Shown piece after piece: positions 35,331 to 39,294 of a DNA stretch of 39,294 nt (its first letter is position 1; every line of letters starts with the position of its first letter). The translations under genes were made by a program, and so were the position numbers. The stretch covers positions 1 to 39,294 of the forward strand of contig CAZYFB010000002.1 in assembly GCA_964646655.1 (NCBI GenBank). Reading direction: 5' to 3'. The DNA comes from an uncultured bacterium (GTDB taxonomy: Bacteria > Fidelibacterota > Marinisomatia > SCGC-AAA003-L08 > D37C17). The notes under the pieces were generated by a model. That model was not told where the DNA came from, ran no database searches, and was given only the letters and a program-made list of their open reading frames with translations.

Positions 35331-37913
35331 ATGTTTAAAAAACTTACATTATTATTTATTATGTCTTTACTGATTTCAGGTGATATGTTAAAATTACCTT
35401 TATCTCATAAAGGTATAGATAGTAGACCTGCTGAGTATGAAAGAGGAATATATTTAATTGTATTAGCTTCACAAAGCTTAGAGAATTGGTTAGGTGATCA
35501 ATCTAATGGTGAAGATTTTGTTAAATTTAAAAAAACCCAAGGATATGATGTTGATGTAATTTCCTTAGATGAGCTGGGTATTGATTCAAATATTTCTTTA
35601 AAAGGATATTTACAAACATATAAAAATAATAATCCAATGCTTGAGTACGTGCTACTTGTTGGAGATTGGAATGGAGCATATTCTGTTCCAACATTTACAA
35701 TTCCATCTTATAATGAAGAAGAATTAGATGTTACTGACTATACATATACTTACATTGGAGACAATGTTGAGAGTCCAAGATTTTTTATTGGTAGATGGCC
35801 AGTTAGGCAAATACAAGATATTTTAATATTAAAAGCTAAAACAATTGAGCATACAAAATTAGAACAAGGTACAAACTTAAATAGATTTGATGATGCGTTA
35901 ATTGTTGCTGGTAATTTTAAGGATGGTCAAGGTGTTCAACCTTGGGATTGGCCAGTTACTCCGAGGTGGACATCATTATGGCTTCAAGATGAGTTATATG
36001 GGTTTGGGTACGAAAATGTTGATACAGTTTTTTATCATGCTCAAAATTATGAAAATGGTGCTAGTAATCCTATGATAGCAAATTCATGGAATTCAGGGAT
36101 TGGAATAGTTAACTACAGAGGTTGGGGTGATGCAAACGGTTGGCATAAACCTTTATTTCATAGAGAGGAAGTTGAACAGTTGAATAATGGTTGGGATTTG
36201 CCAATTGTACTTAGTTTCGTATGTAATACAGGTGATTTTGGTAATGATTATTCGGGCGTTGGTTTAGATAAATGTTTTGGAGAAACTTTAGTCACTGCTG
36301 GTAGCACTACAAATCCAAAAGGTGCGGTTGCTATGGTTGGGCCATCAGATTTAGATACAGATACAAGATTTAATAATGTTATTTGTGGTGCTATGTGGGA
36401 TGATATATTAGAGTTAAGAAAAACTGAACTAGCACCAGCTCTACATACTGGAAAAGATTCTGTTAGAACTGAATTTAGTGGCTTGGTTATAAATAATACA
36501 AACATACCTGATTTTTACTATCATATTTATGGCGTATTAGGTGACCCAAGTATTCCGTTAAGATTAACCAATCCAACAAATTTGAATATTGAAGGTAATC
36601 TAGATCTAACTGAATCATATGTTTCACTTAAAGTTATGGATACATTTGGAAATTCAGTTAAAGATGTAGTTGCAGCTTTATTGTTTGGTGATCAATTAGT
36701 AGGTAAAGATTTATCAAATCAAAATGGTTGGATTGATATAGATTTAAATGTTGATGAGATACCTGTAGGCTCAGAATTGGTTTTATATTTAAATCACCCC
36801 AATCACTTTCAAGAAAAACTTGACATTGTTTTTGAAAGTGATGCAGGTTCAAATTTTGAAGAGCATGTTTATGAGGTGACACCAGAGCCTGTTGCTGATT
36901 ATATTTATAATATTTCTTTAGATGATGGTGTACCATGGGAAGAAGCTTCTGTATCAGGTACAAATTTATGTTTAACTGATGATACAGTTACTGAAATTGA
37001 CCTACCATTTACCTTTAACTTTTACGGAGAAGCATATAGCTCACTTACTGTTTCTTCAAATGGATGGGCATCATTTGAAAAATGTGATATACCATATTTT
37101 TGGAATTTTTCAATACCATTTCCATTGGGTCCATCTGCTATGTTAGCTCCTTTTATGGATGATTTAGATGATAATGGAAAGGAACCTTTTGATGATTTAA
37201 ATGGAAATTGTACTCATGATGAAGGAGAGTGGTTTCAGGACAGAAATGATAATGGTTATTGGGATCAAGGTGAAGATTTTGATGTATATTCCATGAATGA
37301 TATTAATAATGATAGATTTATAATTCAGTGGCAAAATGTATCTAATGGAGAAGATGACGAAAATTGCCCTGATTGTGTTAAAAATACATTTCAATTAATG
37401 CTTTATAATCAAGAGGTGCATCAAAACACAGTTAATCAGGGAGATATAGTTTTTGTGTATCAAGAAACTCATGATATTGATGAAAATGGAAATTTTTCAA
37501 CTATTGGCATAGAATCTCCTGATCAAAACTTTGGCTCTCAAGTTGTTTTTAGTGATGCTGAGTCAGATATAACGCCTGTTTTAAATGATGGATATTCTAT
37601 AAGATTTACTGCAAATAGTAACTCTCTAGATATTAATGAGAATCAGCCTATTGAACATTCTTTATTAAAAACTTATCCTAATCCATTTAATCCAAGCTTA
37701 AATATTGAGTATACAATGGAAAAAGCATCTAGTATAACCATATCAATTTATGATATTAATGGAAGATTAGTAGAGTCAATTTTAGATGCATACCAATCTG
37801 CAGGCACTCATAAAATTAAATGGAATGCACAAGAAATATCTACAGGAATTTATATTGTTAAATTAAAGCAAGATCAAAATATTTTAACGCAAAGAGTAGT
37901 TTTATTAAAGTAA
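35331..37913 (+). CDS. Third C25-like protein: no propeptide domain, NIDO-like module with an acidic insert, T9SS C-terminal sorting domain
   Basis: C25-like core (YVLLVGDWNG, FFIGRWPV, VNYRGWGDANGW, SFVCNTGDF, NPKGAVAMVGPS, GDPSIPL). IDLPFTFNFYGEAYSSLTVSSNGWASF. CTD YPNPFNPSLNIEYTM...ISIYDINGRLV...TGIYIVKLKQDQNILTQRVVLLK. Confidence 0.7.
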   Translation: MFKKLTLLFIMSLLISGDMLKLPLSHKGIDSRPAEYERGIYLIVLASQSLENWLGDQSNGEDFVKFKKTQGYDVDVISLDELGIDSNISLKGYLQTYKNNNPMLEYVLLVGDWNGAYSVPTFTIPSYNEEELDVTDYTYTYIGDNVESPRFFIGRWPVRQIQDILILKAKTIEHTKLEQGTNLNRFDDALIVAGNFKDGQGVQPWDWPVTPRWTSLWLQDELYGFGYENVDTVFYHAQNYENGASNPMIANSWNSGIGIVNYRGWGDANGWHKPLFHREEVEQLNNGWDLPIVLSFVCNTGDFGNDYSGVGLDKCFGETLVTAGSTTNPKGAVAMVGPSDLDTDTRFNNVICGAMWDDILELRKTELAPALHTGKDSVRTEFSGLVINNTNIPDFYYHIYGVLGDPSIPLRLTNPTNLNIEGNLDLTESYVSLKVMDTFGNSVKDVVAALLFGDQLVGKDLSNQNGWIDIDLNVDEIPVGSELVLYLNHPNHFQEKLDIVFESDAGSNFEEHVYEVTPEPVADYIYNISLDDGVPWEEASVSGTNLCLTDDTVTEIDLPFTFNFYGEAYSSLTVSSNGWASFEKCDIPYFWNFSIPFPLGPSAMLAPFMDDLDDNGKEPFDDLNGNCTHDEGEWFQDRNDNGYWDQGEDFDVYSMNDINNDRFIIQWQNVSNGEDDENCPDCVKNTFQLMLYNQEVHQNTVNQGDIVFVYQETHDIDENGNFSTIGIESPDQNFGSQVVFSDAESDITPVLNDGYSIRFTANSNSLDINENQPIEHSLLKTYPNPFNPSLNIEYTMEKASSITISIYDINGRLVESILDAYQSAGTHKIKWNAQEISTGIYIVKLKQDQNILTQRVVLLK
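37657..37910 (+). other. T9SS (Por) C-terminal sorting domain
   Basis: Same motif set as 32830..33083. Confidence 0.7.
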
Positions 37914-38252
37914 AAACTCTTTAATCAATTCGGGTGGCCTTGCGATTATAGCTTTATTTTCATTTATAATAATAGGTCTTTGAATTATTTTTGGGTGCAT
38001 AATTATAAGCTCTAAAAGTTTTTTGTGCTCATTAATATTTTTAAAGTCTGGATTATCTTTAAAAACTTTATCATTAAATCTAATAAAATCATGTGCTTTT
38101 AGGTTTAGTTTGATTGAAATATCTTTGAGCTCTTTTATTGTAAAACCTGTTTTCAAATATTCTATAATTTTGCAATCAATTTTCAATTCATTTAAAATCT
38201 CAACGGATTTTCTACTTTTACTTCATTGTGGGTTGTGGTACAATATAATCAT
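37905..38252 (-). CDS. ArsC-family (glutaredoxin-fold) reductase with in-frame TGA (38225..38223) at the catalytic Cys position; candidate selenoprotein (115 aa including Sec)
   Basis: AAGGA-N5-ATG (ATG at 38252..38250), then MIILYHNPQ-TGA-SKSRKSVEILNE, which continues in frame into track ORF 37905..38186. E. coli-type ArsC/YfgD proteins read (I/L)YHNPxC(G/S)(T/K)SR. The C-terminal HPKIIQRPIIINENKAIIARPPE aligns with ArsC HPILINRPIVVTPLGTRLCRPSE. Confidence 0.65.
38194..38211 (-). other. Candidate bacterial SECIS-like hairpin 11 nt 3' of the in-frame UGA
   Basis: The minus-strand RNA reads UGA-AGUAAAAGUAG-AAAAUC-CGUUGA-GAUUUU: a 6-bp stem with a 6-nt loop containing G and U. The AU-rich stem is weak, so this is only suggestive. 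Confidence 0.3.
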
Positions 38253-38342
38253 ATTTATCCTTATAATTAAAAAAATTAAGTTTAAAAGGTTTAAACATAA
38301 AAAAATAATTGTTTTTAATGTTTTAACTTAATAAAATAAGGT
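38253..38342. promoter_or_regulatory. Divergent intergenic region between the ArsC-family gene and the lrp-like gene; probable divergent promoters
   Basis: 90-bp AT-rich spacer between divergent starts. It contains the RBS for the minus-strand gene (AAGGA) and the palindrome GTTTAAAC. No specific promoter boxes are assigned. Confidence 0.3.
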
Positions 38343-38807
38343 ATGAATAAAAATATTAATTTTATTAAAATAGATAAAATAGATCAAAAAATAATATCAA
38401 TTTTAAAAGTTAATGCTAGAGAATCTGTAAGTAATATTTCTGAATCTGTTAATTTATCAATACCAGCTACTAGTGATAGAATTAAAAAATTAGAAGATTT
38501 TAAAATTATTAAAGGTTATTATGCAGATATTGATTCTAGAAAAATTGGATTAAACCTGTCTGCTTTAATAACTGTAATTTCTGAATCTTCTTCTAATTAT
38601 GAGAAGATTATTAAATTTGCAAATCAATCAAATGAAATTGTTGAATGTTACGCAACAACAGGTAGAGGCTCACATATTTTAATTATAGAAACAGAAAATA
38701 CAGAGAGTTTAGAAAAATTATTAAGAAAAATACAAACATGGCCCAATGTAATAAGAACAGAAACTCAAATTATATTATCTAATAATAAAACTTTATCGCA
38801 CTACTAA
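38343..38807 (+). CDS. Lrp/AsnC-family transcriptional regulator
   Basis: N-terminal HTH (IDKIDQKIISILKVNARESVSNISESVNLSIPATSDRIKKLEDFKIIKGY) followed by an AsnC/RAM-type ligand domain (LSALITVISE...ECYATTGRGSHILIIE...IRTETQIIL). 154 aa. Confidence 0.85.
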   Translation: MNKNINFIKIDKIDQKIISILKVNARESVSNISESVNLSIPATSDRIKKLEDFKIIKGYYADIDSRKIGLNLSALITVISESSSNYEKIIKFANQSNEIVECYATTGRGSHILIIETENTESLEKLLRKIQTWPNVIRTETQIILSNNKTLSHY

Positions 38808-38824
38808 TATATAAGGAGAAAACT

Positions 38825-39294
38825 ATGAAAAAAATAATGGTTGAATATATTTGGATTGATGGAAATCAGCCCACTGCAAAATTAAGAAGTAAAACTAAGG
38901 TTGTTGATCATGAAGTAAAATCACATTTAGATTTACCAGATTGGGGTTTTGATGGATCAAGTACAAGACAGGCTGAAGGTCATTTTAGTGACTGTTTATT
39001 AAAACCTATGCGTATTATCAAAGATCCAATTAGAGGTGGCGATAATTTATTGGTAATGTGTGAAGTATTTAATTCTGATGGATCTGTTCATAAGAGTAAC
39101 AAAAGAGCCAAGTTAAGGGAGTTAGCAGAAAAATTCAAAGATGAAGAATGTTGGTTTGGTATTGAACAAGAATATACCTTTTTTGATGGTATAAAACCAT
39201 TAGGTTGGCCTGATAATGGTTTTCCAGCTCCTCAAGGTGGTTATTATTGTGGAGTTGGTTCTGATGAAGTGTTTGGAAGGGATATTGTTGAAGA
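38825..39294 (+). CDS. glnII: Glutamine synthetase type II (eukaryote-like GSII), 3'-truncated by the window edge; not in the ORF track
   Basis: AAGGAGAA RBS, then ATG at 38825. My translation is MKKIMVEYIWIDGNQPTAKLRSKTKVV...LPDWGFDGSSTRQAEGHFSDCLLKP...CWFGIEQEYTFFDG..PLGWPDNGFPAPQGGYYCGVGSDEVFGRDIVE, which carries the hallmark GSII N-terminal motifs. The frame stays open to the end of the window. Confidence 0.85.
   Translation, partial: MKKIMVEYIWIDGNQPTAKLRSKTKVVDHEVKSHLDLPDWGFDGSSTRQAEGHFSDCLLKPMRIIKDPIRGGDNLLVMCEVFNSDGSVHKSNKRAKLRELAEKFKDEECWFGIEQEYTFFDGIKPLGWPDNGFPAPQGGYYCGVGSDEVFGRDIVE

Noticed and set aside
36248-37394. Minus-strand ORFs 36248..36505, 36658..36963 and 37197..37394
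   Set aside because: They are antisense to the third C25-like gene, whose conserved motifs and T9SS CTD explain the region.
37895-37920. Imperfect hairpin (AGTTTT...AAAACT) spanning the convergent overlapping stops of the C25-like gene and the ArsC-family gene, as a bidirectional terminator
   Set aside because: The stem is short, AU-rich and needs bulges. It is plausible by position but not supportable from sequence alone.
38223-38225. Genome-wide TGA reassignment (TGA=Trp or Gly) as the explanation for the in-frame TGA
   Set aside because: TGA terminates pgsB (25830..25832) and the propeller gene (33084..33086) at positions consistent with operon coupling to the next start. The interrupted position aligns with a Cys, not a Trp or Gly, in the ArsC family.
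37905-38252. ArsC-family gene as a simple nonsense-mutated pseudogene
   Set aside because: I cannot exclude this. It is less likely because the RBS, the ATG and the family motifs on both sides of the TGA are intact. The single disruption also falls exactly on the redox Cys codon (TGT/TGC to TGA is one step, but so is a Cys/Sec exchange). I kept it as a selenoprotein candidate with explicit refutation tests.
38023-38331. 102-aa + strand ORF from the track
   Set aside because: It lies antisense to the ArsC-family gene, whose family-level motifs on the minus strand explain the whole region, including the part upstream of the TGA. The + strand translation is low-complexity (Leu/Ile/Phe/Lys-rich) with no RBS or recognisable motif.
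1-39294. CRISPR arrays, tRNA/rRNA genes, IS elements, integrases, phage or defence-system genes
   Set aside because: I saw no direct-repeat/spacer periodicity and no intergenic space large or GC-rich enough for structured RNA genes. No ORF has transposase, integrase, nuclease or ATPase-defence signatures. Every long ORF is accounted for by envelope or housekeeping functions.

Overview
This is a strongly AT-rich bacterial window. Almost every gene is on the + strand and packed tightly, from about 1958 to 37913. The 'YPNPFNP...' T9SS-type C-terminal sorting domains, dockerin-like tails and gingipain-like (C25) proteins suggest an FCB-superphylum-like, possibly marine streamlined, lineage; this taxonomic guess is low confidence.

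Contents, left to right:
1. The 3' part of a secreted Asp-box repeat protein, then an RlmB/SpoU-type rRNA methyltransferase.
2. A complete type IVa pilus machinery in one block, in this order: pilin, PilT, two minor pilins, a large PilX-N-like protein, PilMNOP-like genes, a PilQ secretin, an orphan 848-aa Cys-rich surface protein, then PilB, PilC and PilD.
3. Two tandem paralogous C25-like proteins with dockerin tails. One carries a 155-codon insert bearing a PA14 domain.
4. A translationally coupled pgsB-pgsC (poly-gamma-glutamate synthetase) module that lacks pgsA/capA. In its place are an orphan bitopic 456-aa protein and a predicted outer-membrane beta-barrel. These are followed in the same tight array by an LVIVD-like lipoprotein, a ~16-repeat propeller protein with a T9SS CTD, an M14 zinc carboxypeptidase with a dockerin, and a third C25-like protein with a T9SS CTD.
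5. A convergent minus-strand ArsC-family gene, an Lrp/AsnC regulator, and the 5' part of a type II (eukaryote-like) glutamine synthetase that the ORF track does not list.

The two observations I rate highest:
(a) The ArsC-family gene is mis-called by the ORF track. Its real N-terminus (RBS, ATG, MIILYHNPQ) reads through an in-frame TGA that sits exactly at the catalytic Cys position. A small hairpin lies 11 nt downstream. This makes it a candidate selenoprotein.
(b) The CapA-less pgsBC locus is coupled to an OM barrel and surface peptidases. It is a candidate diderm poly-gamma-glutamate synthesis, export and processing system.

I found no rRNA, tRNA, CRISPR, transposase or integrase.
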